From the NCBI GenBank assembly GCA_045586685.1, contig JAZNAU010000047.1, positions 1 to 27,299 of the forward strand: a stretch of DNA of 27,299 bases. Direction: 5' to 3'. Source of the stretch: Clostridia bacterium. Its GTDB lineage: Bacteria; Bacillota; Clostridia; HGM11514. Below, piece after piece: positions 19,649 to 26,877 of this stretch. Positions within the stretch are counted from its first letter, which is position 1. The number at the start of each line of letters is the position of its first letter. The notes under the pieces were generated by a model. It worked only from the letters and a program-made list of their open reading frames with translations, did not search any database and was not told the origin of the DNA. The position numbers and the translations under genes were made by a program.

Positions 19649-20823
19649 GTCGTTTTCTCCTTCTTATAGAATATAAAATAGAAATAACCTCCTGCTAACA
19701 ATGTCAATACAGAAAGAATTGTCACAGTTATAGAGGGAACAGGGGCAAACTGATTCCACGATGAAATCAGTACCGCTACCACATTAAAAAAATTCACTAA
19801 GGATGCCAACAGGTATCCAACCAAAAGACGGGGTTGTTTCAAAGAAGAATCTGCAAAGGATGCTAACATCAGCAAAATAGCGGGATACCAATACCGTTCA
19901 TGCATCATAGGTCCGAATAAAAAGAGGGTCGTCATCATGACAGAGGCAGACAACCACGGTCCTTTTTTCCACAAAAAAAAGGAAAGAAACCCTAAAACAA
20001 GTCCGACCCCTATCATAACGTTTCCCCAAAATCCATAAGTAAAAAAGAGAAAGGGTTCTTCTAATGGCTTCCAGTTCCCCCCAAAAACACCATACAAATT
20101 AAACGCATTTACCGTAGCATAAGGATACCCTTCCGTCATGGTGCCAAAGTATTTGTCCAGAATCAACGTAAAATCTCCCTTACAAAAGGGAAAAGAGGCA
20201 ACAATAAAAATTATTATGCCCCAGCCCAGAATCTTTGTATATCCTAAAACGGGATGCTTTTTATCAAAATAAAACGCTGCCATGACAGGAAAAAAAAGAA
20301 GCGCCTGTGGTTTCATCAATACGGAAATTGCCAGCATAACCGTACTTTTGATTGGATGATTCCTCCAAGCAATGGCAAGAATTAAAAAGAGGCACCACAC
20401 CGAATCAATCTGTGCCCACACGGCAGAATTTATAATCATAAGGGGATTGAAAAGACACACTGCCGCCGTCAGAAAGGCGGCACGTTCTCCTCTCTTTCCG
20501 TAAGCAATTCGGGCAAAAACTCCGGCAATAACCAAATCTGACACAATAGCAGGAAGACGTAAAATAAGTGCCGAAAGAGGAGCGACCCTTTCTGTAAACT
20601 TCAACAACCACCCAAGGGGATACAGAACATATAAATATCCTGGAGGATAATCACAAAAAGAGACCGAACTGTAAAAACGAAGGGGGCCTATCTCGCATAA
20701 CGTTTTCGCCCAGTACAAAAAACAATTCTGATCCGTAGGATGCCCCCACTCTCCAAACAATCCCAATACCAAGCGCAGAAGAAACCCTGCTCCAAACAAA
20801 AGCAGAAACTTTTTTCTGTTCAA
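19645..20823 (-). CDS. GT-C fold membrane glycosyltransferase (ALG6/8-like or DUF2029/GT87-like)
   Basis: CDYPPGY, FNPLMIINSAVWAQIDS, KPQA, MHERY; probable TTG start at 20823 after AGGAG (the 20898 start overlaps the upstream gene). Confidence 0.75.
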   Translation of the reverse strand: MNRKKFLLLFGAGFLLRLVLGLFGEWGHPTDQNCFLYWAKTLCEIGPLRFYSSVSFCDYPPGYLYVLYPLGWLLKFTERVAPLSALILRLPAIVSDLVIAGVFARIAYGKRGERAAFLTAAVCLFNPLMIINSAVWAQIDSVWCLFLILAIAWRNHPIKSTVMLAISVLMKPQALLFFPVMAAFYFDKKHPVLGYTKILGWGIIIFIVASFPFCKGDFTLILDKYFGTMTEGYPYATVNAFNLYGVFGGNWKPLEEPFLFFTYGFWGNVMIGVGLVLGFLSFFLWKKGPWLSASVMMTTLFLFGPMMHERYWYPAILLMLASFADSSLKQPRLLVGYLLASLVNFFNVVAVLISSWNQFAPVPSITVTILSVLTLLAGGYFYFIFYKKEKTT

Positions 20824-20830
20824 ACCATAA

Positions 20831-21346
20831 TCACTCCTTCTCCTTGACACAGGATACATAACTATAATCCCCGTCAGACAAAAAGCGAATCCGACCAAAG
20901 CCGGACTCTGTCAGCAAATGCTTCACCAGACTGACATACATATTTGACTGAGGCTCACTCAAAAAAACAAGGGTTCCCCCCGATTTTACCAACCGACTTG
21001 CCTGCTCCATCATGGGTTTTAAGTCCTCGGTGAGTAAAGAATCGGGATGAAAAACAGCCACGTCATACACTCTGTCTTGAATTTGATTGAGAGTTCCTTC
21101 AAAGGAAATCATGTGCTTTCCACGGGGTACGAGCTTATTTTGTTCCGCAGATTCCTGTTCCGTTACTGCCAACAGGCGGGCGGGTTTGCATTGCAAAAGC
21201 GCCTCCAGCATAGGAACGCTCAGGCGGTAGCAGATAATTTTTGCATTCTCACGTTCTACACAAAGCTCTGCTAACCTTCTTGTTTTTTTCGCTTTTGAAA
21301 TTTTCGATGGGTAAAATTCAGTTAACGCTTTTTGAAAATAATTCAT
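20831..21346 (-). CDS. hypothetical protein with class I SAM-methyltransferase-like C-terminal half
   Basis: YDVAVF...EQASRLVKSGGTLVF...LLTESGF; no clear GxGxG motif I; AAGGA RBS. Confidence 0.55.
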   Translation of the reverse strand: MNYFQKALTEFYPSKISKAKKTRRLAELCVERENAKIICYRLSVPMLEALLQCKPARLLAVTEQESAEQNKLVPRGKHMISFEGTLNQIQDRVYDVAVFHPDSLLTEDLKPMMEQASRLVKSGGTLVFLSEPQSNMYVSLVKHLLTESGFGRIRFLSDGDYSYVSCVKEKE

Positions 21347-21464
21347 CTGCTCAAATCCTTTCTTGTTATTTGAAAAAGGACAAACTTTACATTTTAATGG
21401 TTTTTTTATGATATCATTTCATTTTGGAGATATGCTCAGATATAACTCCGCTTTTCTCCATTTA

Positions 21465-21603
21465 ATGAATTGGCTATCGTCATGAATTGAATTGCCTTTA
21501 ATGCACTTTAGTGCAATTCATGAGCCACAAGGCTCAATTCATGAAATCGCAGATTTCAATTCATGCCAAAGGCAATTCATTGATTTCATCTTTGATGAAA
21601 TCA
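21465..21603. repeat. array of variable mini-hairpins joined by CAATTCATG, with inverted copies on the left
   Basis: CAATTCATG at 21514, 21535, 21557; CAATTCAT at 21573; inverted copies at 21465, 21481, 21488. Confidence 0.9.
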
Positions 21604-21631
21604 TTATATCATACCCCCCTATCCTTTTCAA

Positions 21632-21660
21632 GCATATTTTCAAAAAAGAAGGAAAAAATA
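21632..21660 (+). promoter_or_regulatory. candidate sigmaF/sigmaG forespore promoter of the DUF421 operon
   Basis: GCATA-14 nt-GGAAAAAATA (equivalently 17 nt-AAAAATA). Confidence 0.45.
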
Positions 21661-21680
21661 GCAAATGGGAGGGAAGTAAA

Positions 21681-22316
21681 TTGTTTACATCTTTTTTTCG
21701 AACGGTTATTTTATATTTTGTACTGGTATTGTTTCTAAGGCTGATGGGGAAACGGCAGATTGGCGAATTGCAGTTGACGGAGCTGGTGGTAACACTGCTG
21801 ATTGCCGACCTTGCCTCCATTCCCATGCAGGCAACGGATATTCCGTTTCTCACGGGATTTATTCCCATGTTGACCTTACTCGTTCTGGAAATTGCCATGT
21901 CTTATCTTACCTTAAAATGCCCTCGCTTTCATCAGCTGGTGTCAGGCTCCTCCATGGTGTTAATTGACCATGGTAAAATTGACAGAAAAACGCTATCAAA
22001 ACTTCGGTTTACTCTGGAGGATTTGATTGAAGGGCTTCGTCTGAATCAAATTGAGCGGATAGAGGATGTGGAGTTTGCCGTTTTGGAAACAAACGGTCAG
22101 TTAAGTGTCTTTAAAAAGTCAGAAACCTCTTCCCTTCCATGGCCCGTTATTTTGGACGGTCATCTGGATAAACGTGCTCTGAAACAAATTGGAATAACGG
22201 AAGAATGGGTCATGAATTATCTGAAAAAAAGGGGAGTTTCGTCTGTCAATCAGGTGTTTTTACTGAATGCCGACGACCGCAAAAACTGTTATCTGGTCAA
22301 AAAGGAGGATGTATGA
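21681..22316 (+). CDS. DUF421/YetF-family spore membrane protein
   Basis: LRLMGKRQIGELQ, AVLETNGQLSV; TTG 21681 after GGGAGG RBS. Confidence 0.9.
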   Translation: MFTSFFRTVILYFVLVLFLRLMGKRQIGELQLTELVVTLLIADLASIPMQATDIPFLTGFIPMLTLLVLEIAMSYLTLKCPRFHQLVSGSSMVLIDHGKIDRKTLSKLRFTLEDLIEGLRLNQIERIEDVEFAVLETNGQLSVFKKSETSSLPWPVILDGHLDKRALKQIGITEEWVMNYLKKRGVSSVNQVFLLNADDRKNCYLVKKEDV

Positions 22317-22693
22317 GCCGTTATTGGTACGCATTGATTGGTGTTGTTCTTTTAATTGTAATCATCGGTGGGGGAATGTTTTATGTGAATCAGGTGACAA
22401 ATCAGATGGAATCCTTAGTCAAGGAAACCCAAGCCATGCTGAAACAGGAAAATTATGAGCAGGCAGAACATTTATTACAGGACTGCAAAACTCTTTGGGA
22501 TAAAAAAAGAAATCGTCTGGAAGCCATGGTGGATCACAATTTGGTAGATCAGGTCAACATTCCTCTGTCCGAGGCACAAGCCTATTTGCAGTACGGAAAA
22601 ACCGCTCATTGTGTTGCCTCCTGTCAAAGACTTTTACAAACCCTTCGTGCCCTCCGCGACGGACAACAGATAGGGTTTTATAACTTGTTTTAA
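22313..22693 (+). CDS. DUF4363-like membrane-anchored small protein
   Basis: ATGA overlap with the DUF421 stop; AAGGAGG RBS; N-terminal TM then helical domain. Confidence 0.7.
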   Translation: MSRYWYALIGVVLLIVIIGGGMFYVNQVTNQMESLVKETQAMLKQENYEQAEHLLQDCKTLWDKKRNRLEAMVDHNLVDQVNIPLSEAQAYLQYGKTAHCVASCQRLLQTLRALRDGQQIGFYNLF

Positions 22694-22702
22694 GAAAAAA
22701 GA

Positions 22703-22731
22703 TAGACAAGTGATAAAAAGTATGGTATAAT
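22703..22731 (+). promoter_or_regulatory. strong sigmaA promoter with extended -10
   Basis: TAGACA (22703-22708)-17 nt-TATAAT (22726-22731), with TG at 22723-22724. Confidence 0.75.
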
Positions 22732-22736
22732 TTACT

Positions 22737-22899
22737 TGTCGCATAAATGAATATCTTTTATTGTTCAAAAGAATGCTATTTGTGAAAAATGCATTCTCTG
22801 TTTGCTTTGTTCTTTTGAACGATAATAAAAGTTTATGCGACACACGCAGGGTAATGCATTTTTGGTGCGTTGTCCCTACGGGGAACAACGCACTTTTTT
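22737..22899 (+). ncRNA. unidentified structured leader or sRNA ending in an intrinsic terminator
   Basis: Long stem 22737-22842 starting at the expected TSS; terminator GTGCGTTGT/ACAACGCAC plus T6 (22865-22899). Confidence 0.6.
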
Positions 22900-22919
22900 A
22901 TTTTAAGGAGGATGTACCT

Positions 22920-23174
22920 ATGAGCATGAAAAAAGAACTGATAATCCAATCGTTGATTGCCATGATGGAAGAAAATCTTGACCGTTATTTAGATCTGGAC
23001 GAAACCAAAATGGCAGACACGATTGCCATTCAAGTCTTATCAGAAATTCAAAACGTTTTGCAAACAAAATCCGACTTTTACGACCCTGACAATGATTTTG
23101 AAATTGTAGAAGAAATTGTAAAAATTTTTAAAAAATACAACCTCCATACGGGTGCCTGTCACGATTTCGGTTGA
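22920..23174 (+). CDS. 84-aa acidic hypothetical protein ending CHDFG
   Basis: AAGGAGG RBS then ATG 22920; followed by a terminator. Confidence 0.75.
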   Translation: MSMKKELIIQSLIAMMEENLDRYLDLDETKMADTIAIQVLSEIQNVLQTKSDFYDPDNDFEIVEEIVKIFKKYNLHTGACHDFG

Positions 23175-23183
23175 TGATAACAT

Positions 23184-23232
23184 AAAAAGCTGTAGTAGGG
23201 AAAAAATCCTTTTACTACAGCTCTTGTTTTTT
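23184..23232. terminator. bidirectional intrinsic terminator
   Basis: AGCTGTAGTA/TACTACAGCT stem, A-run before and T-rich run after. Confidence 0.75.
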
Positions 23233-23263
23233 CGGTTGGAAAAAATAGTGCAGAATGGACATG

Positions 23264-23337
23264 TGCCAGAAGGCAATACCAATCGCAAAGCAAATATCAC
23301 TGCATCGCAATACCACTCGCCCACAGGCGAATAAAAC
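23264..23337. repeat. array of four mini-hairpins joined by 7-nt ATA(T/C)CAC-like linkers
   Basis: TGCC/GGCA-ATACCAA-TCGC/GCAA-ATATCAC-TGC/GCA-ATACCAC-TCGCC/GGCGA-ATAAAAC. Confidence 0.7.
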
Positions 23338-23343
23338 TGTTCT

Positions 23344-23691
23344 TTAAAACAGTCCCTTCATATCTAACCCGCTGGTAAATCTGCTCATCTTAGACACTGC
23401 ATCCGTCTCTGCTGCGGTCAATGCTTCATTTACCGCTGCAACAATCAGGTCGTTGAGCATTTCGATATCATCAGGGTCCACAACCTCAGGAGCAATTTGA
23501 ATCTCGGTCAGCCTTTTTTCTCCCGACACAACAGCTTTTACTGCACCGCCGCCTGCCGTTGCTTCGTACGTTTGTTCCTGAAGCTGATTTTGTGTTTCTT
23601 CCATTTCCTTTTGCATTTTTTGAATTTGCTTCATCATGTTGTTCATATTTCCGCCGCCCATGGGCATTCCGGGGAATCTGCCTTTTGCCAT
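23344..23691 (-). CDS. ybaB: YbaB/EbfC nucleoid-associated protein
   Basis: MMKQIQKMQ, AGGGAV, VDPDDIEMLNDLIVAAVN; downstream of dnaX. Confidence 0.95.
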   Translation of the reverse strand: MAKGRFPGMPMGGGNMNNMMKQIQKMQKEMEETQNQLQEQTYEATAGGGAVKAVVSGEKRLTEIQIAPEVVDPDDIEMLNDLIVAAVNEALTAAETDAVSKMSRFTSGLDMKGLF

Positions 23692-23729
23692 TTTCTGATA
23701 CTCCTTTATTAAAATATTGATTTTATCTG

Positions 23730-25343
23730 TTAAGAAATAATATTGATTTTATCTGACAGTTGATGTGCTATTTCCTGTAAGGGGTCTGGTTTTTCCTGAA
23801 TTTGAGGCGGTGCCTCCTCAGGAACCGACTGTCCAAACGGAACAAAAATCACATTGATATCCATTCCGCTTATTTCTTTAACCGCTTGTTTGACCGCAAG
23901 CTTATTTTGAGGGGTGTCAAGCATGGGGAGTAATTCCAGTAAATACAAGGTTTCTCCTTTGACACGAAACTCTCCTGACCGCAACGCACCGCTTAACAGG
24001 GGATTTCCTCCTCGTTCAATTTCCTGCAAAATATCTGCCCAGTAAGGCATCAGGTCAGCCTTTTTTCCCTCTTTGGAAGCAGGTGCGGGTGGGTCAGCCT
24101 CTTCTTTCTCCGTCACCTTTGGCGGTTCTTTCTGTTTTGGTTGTTCTTCCCGCTCTTTGATTTCAGGCACAGGAACCTTTTTTGGTTCAGGCTCAGCTCC
24201 GTTTTTCATCATCGACTCCAACCGTTCCACGCGGGAGAGCAGATTGGTTTCCTCAGCATCCGGATGGCTTAAGGAAATCAGCGCCATTTCCAGAATCAAT
24301 CGGTTGTTTTTTGCCCAACGGGTGGTTTCATAAGCCTTTGACAACACCTGTACTGCATGTAAGCACCGTGCCATGGATACCCCCTCCGCCTGAACGGACA
24401 AAAGGGCAAGCTCGGTGGCGGGCATATCAATCAATTCAGCGGGTGCACCGCTGCTTTTGCAGACAATCAAATCCTTACAATATTCCATCAGACCTTCCAG
24501 AATCCGCACCGGTTCATAGCCCTTTGCCATCATCTGACGAACCTGCTGTAACACCTGTTCCGTTTCGTAGTTTAAAACCGCTCCGCCCAAAGAAAGCATA
24601 CGGCTGTTTTCTGTTCCGCCTGTGACCGTTCTGACCCAATCTGCATCGATTTCCTCTGTTCTGCCGGAGGCACACTGGTCCAGCAAGGACAACGCATCAC
24701 GCATGGAGCCGTCTGCCGATTTCATAATCAAAGAAAGGGCGTCCTCGGAAATGGAAATCCCATCATTTTGTGCCACTGTTTGCAACCGCTCCAGCATGGG
24801 ATTACGGCTGACACGCTTAAAATCAAACCGCTGACAACGGGAAAGAATCGTGGCGGGAATTTTATGACTTTCCGTAGTTGCCAAAATAAAAATTACATGA
24901 GAGGGAGGCTCTTCCAAGGTTTTTAACAGTGCATTGAAGGCACTGATGGACAGCATATGTACCTCGTCAATGATATACACCTTATAGGTCATACCCGAAG
25001 GAAGGTAGGATACCTCGCTGTTAATGGTTCGGATATTTTCTACGCTGTTGTTACTTGCCGCGTCGATTTCTACCACATCCATCAGACTGCCGTCGGCAAT
25101 CCCCTGACAAACACGACACCGATTGCAAGGATTTCCATTTTCAGGCTGCAAGCAATTCACCGCCTTTGAAAGAACGCGGGCGGTGGTGGTTTTTCCCGTT
25201 CCGCGGGGACCGCAGAACAGATACCCCTGAGCAATTTTGCCTGATTTAATTTCGTTTTGCAAAGTGGTGGTAATGTGCTCCTGTCCTACAATTTCAGAAA
25301 AGGTTGAAGGACGCCACTTCCGATACAAAGCCTGATATTCCAT
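23730..25343 (-). CDS. dnaX: DNA polymerase III subunit tau/gamma
   Basis: LYRKWRP, GPRGTGKT, EIDAAS, IDEVHML, LKTLEEPP, SRCQ. Confidence 0.97.
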   Translation of the reverse strand: MEYQALYRKWRPSTFSEIVGQEHITTTLQNEIKSGKIAQGYLFCGPRGTGKTTTARVLSKAVNCLQPENGNPCNRCRVCQGIADGSLMDVVEIDAASNNSVENIRTINSEVSYLPSGMTYKVYIIDEVHMLSISAFNALLKTLEEPPSHVIFILATTESHKIPATILSRCQRFDFKRVSRNPMLERLQTVAQNDGISISEDALSLIMKSADGSMRDALSLLDQCASGRTEEIDADWVRTVTGGTENSRMLSLGGAVLNYETEQVLQQVRQMMAKGYEPVRILEGLMEYCKDLIVCKSSGAPAELIDMPATELALLSVQAEGVSMARCLHAVQVLSKAYETTRWAKNNRLILEMALISLSHPDAEETNLLSRVERLESMMKNGAEPEPKKVPVPEIKEREEQPKQKEPPKVTEKEEADPPAPASKEGKKADLMPYWADILQEIERGGNPLLSGALRSGEFRVKGETLYLLELLPMLDTPQNKLAVKQAVKEISGMDINVIFVPFGQSVPEEAPPQIQEKPDPLQEIAHQLSDKINIIS

Positions 25344-25374
25344 TGGAATCTCCTCTGTTTCTTTTTTAAAAAAA

Positions 25375-25639
25375 GCCGCACGTTCTTTTTTGAATTATGC
25401 TTCCATGCGTTGCCTTATGAATCGACTCAACTCAGGCAACCCTGAGGCACACACACCAGACTGCTTATCGCTGCTTCGTTCCCGACCTGACGAGGTTCAC
25501 AGACCATGTGTTGCACAGGACCCAAATCTCAACACCGATTCCTAAGGACTGACCATACAAGCATAACCCGAGAAAGAACATCACCCTTGCTACAGCGGAT
25601 TGCAAGTTCAGGGCACCGCTACCTCCCCGGCTGTGCGAC
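25375..25639 (-). ncRNA. ffs: large bacterial SRP RNA (scRNA)
   Basis: Alu-like 5' GGGGAGGTAGCGGTGCCCTG; helix-8 TCAGGTCGGGAACGAAGCAGC; terminal GTCGCAC/GTGCGGC pairing; upstream of dnaX. Confidence 0.93.
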
Positions 25640-25687
25640 TTTGGTATTTCAACCGCCTAAGCGGACTGAAATTAAGGTTACTTTATT

Positions 25688-25716
25688 ATTATACTACATT
25701 TCTCCCGATTTATCAA
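25688..25716 (-). promoter_or_regulatory. sigmaA promoter of SRP RNA/dnaX
   Basis: Minus strand TTGATA-17 nt-TATAAT. Confidence 0.75.
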
Positions 25717-25752
25717 TAGGGAGAGTGAAAATTTTTTTATTTTATGGCTAAC

Positions 25753-25782
25753 AAAAAACCGCTGAGGAATCAGCGGTTTTTT
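25753..25782 (-). terminator. gap terminator (symmetrical, bidirectional)
   Basis: AAAAAACCGCTGA-GGAA-TCAGCGGTTTTTT. Confidence 0.88.
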
Positions 25783-25799
25783 GATTGTTTTGTTTCGCT

Positions 25800-26810
25800 T
25801 TATTTTACTTCAGCAAAATACTTGATGGTTCTTACCATCTGGCTGGTGTAAGAGTTTTCATTGTCATACCAGGAAACAACCTGAACCTGACTGGTTCCGT
25901 CACCATTGTCAACAACCATCGTCTGGGTTGCATCGAACAGAGAACCATAGGTCATGCCGATAACGTCGCTGGATACGATTTCATCTTCATTGTAACCAAA
26001 GGATTCGTTTGCAGCAGCCTTCATAGCAGCATTGATTCCTTCAACTGTAGCCTTACCCTCAACAACAGCTACCAAAATAGTGGTAGAACCGGTAGGAGTG
26101 GGAACACGCTGAGCAGATCCGATCAGCTTGCCGTCCAGTTCAGGAATAACGAGACCGATAGCCTTAGCTGCGCCTGTACTGTTAGGTACGATATTGATAG
26201 CGCCTGCTCTCGCTCTTCTGAAGTCACCCTTTCTGTGAGGTCCGTCCAGGATCATCTGGTCACCTGTATAAGCGTGGATAGTTGTCATGAATCCTGTTCT
26301 CAGTTCTCTGTATTCGTTGAGGACTTTAGCCATAGGTGCCAGACAGTTAGTAGTACATGAAGCTCCTGATACGATCTTATCTTCAGCAGTCAGAGTTTCA
26401 TGGTTTACACCGTAAACGATAGTAGGCAGGTCGTTTCCTGCAGGTGCTGAGATAAGAACCTTCTTAACGCCCGCATCGATATGAGCCTGTGACTTAGCCT
26501 TGGATGCGAAGAAACCTGTACATTCCAGAACGATATCTACATCCAGCTCGCCCCATGGCAGCTTGGAAGGATCTGCTTCGCTGAATACAGGGATCTGTAC
26601 TCCGTCTACTGTCAGTGATTTTTCATCATTTTCAACTGTATGGTCTCTAAACGGTCCCTGTACACTGTCGTACTTCAGCAGATAAGCCAGCATATCAGGA
26701 CTTGTCAGGTCGTTTATAGCTACTACTTCATATTTGCTGTCTCCAAACACTTTTCTGAAAGTGAGTCTTCCTATTCTTCCGAATCCGTTGATTGCAATTT
26801 TGATTGCCAT
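25800..26810 (-). CDS. gap: type I glyceraldehyde-3-phosphate dehydrogenase
   Basis: [31 protein letters not shown]; AGGAGG RBS. Confidence 0.98.
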   Translation of the reverse strand: MAIKIAINGFGRIGRLTFRKVFGDSKYEVVAINDLTSPDMLAYLLKYDSVQGPFRDHTVENDEKSLTVDGVQIPVFSEADPSKLPWGELDVDIVLECTGFFASKAKSQAHIDAGVKKVLISAPAGNDLPTIVYGVNHETLTAEDKIVSGASCTTNCLAPMAKVLNEYRELRTGFMTTIHAYTGDQMILDGPHRKGDFRRARAGAINIVPNSTGAAKAIGLVIPELDGKLIGSAQRVPTPTGSTTILVAVVEGKATVEGINAAMKAAANESFGYNEDEIVSSDVIGMTYGSLFDATQTMVVDNGDGTSQVQVVSWYDNENSYTSQMVRTIKYFAEVK

Positions 26811-26877
26811 TTTAATTCCTCCTAAAATCTTCTTAGTCTATATTGTTATTGTTTACACATTATACATAATATACATT

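Noticed and set aside
19973-20297. Two 8-nt A/T runs in the GT-C gene as contingency loci
   Set aside because: They encode Phe-rich TM segments, the frame is intact, and similar runs occur in housekeeping genes
21465-21603. tRNA or CRISPR call for the CAATTCATG array
   Set aside because: No T/D-loop consensus; a 9-nt repeat with 7-13 nt spacers is far too short for CRISPR
21492-21680. 63-aa N-terminal extension of the DUF421 ORF
   Set aside because: It runs through the hairpin array and promoter; the RBS and family motifs start at TTG 21681
22736-22845. dif/Xer site (TGTCGCATAA resembles a XerC arm), 6S RNA, retron msr-msd or tracrRNA
   Set aside because: No TTATGTTAAAT-like XerD arm at 6-nt spacing, no symmetric central bubble as in 6S, and no RT or Cas gene nearby
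22761-22919. N-terminal extension of the 84-aa ORF
   Set aside because: It crosses the structured leader and terminator; the strong RBS is at the 22920 start
25785-26360. 191-aa antisense ORF over gap, and other shadow ORFs over polC, polA, dxr and dnaX
   Set aside because: Expected antisense or alternate-frame openness of biased genes; no RBS or motifs
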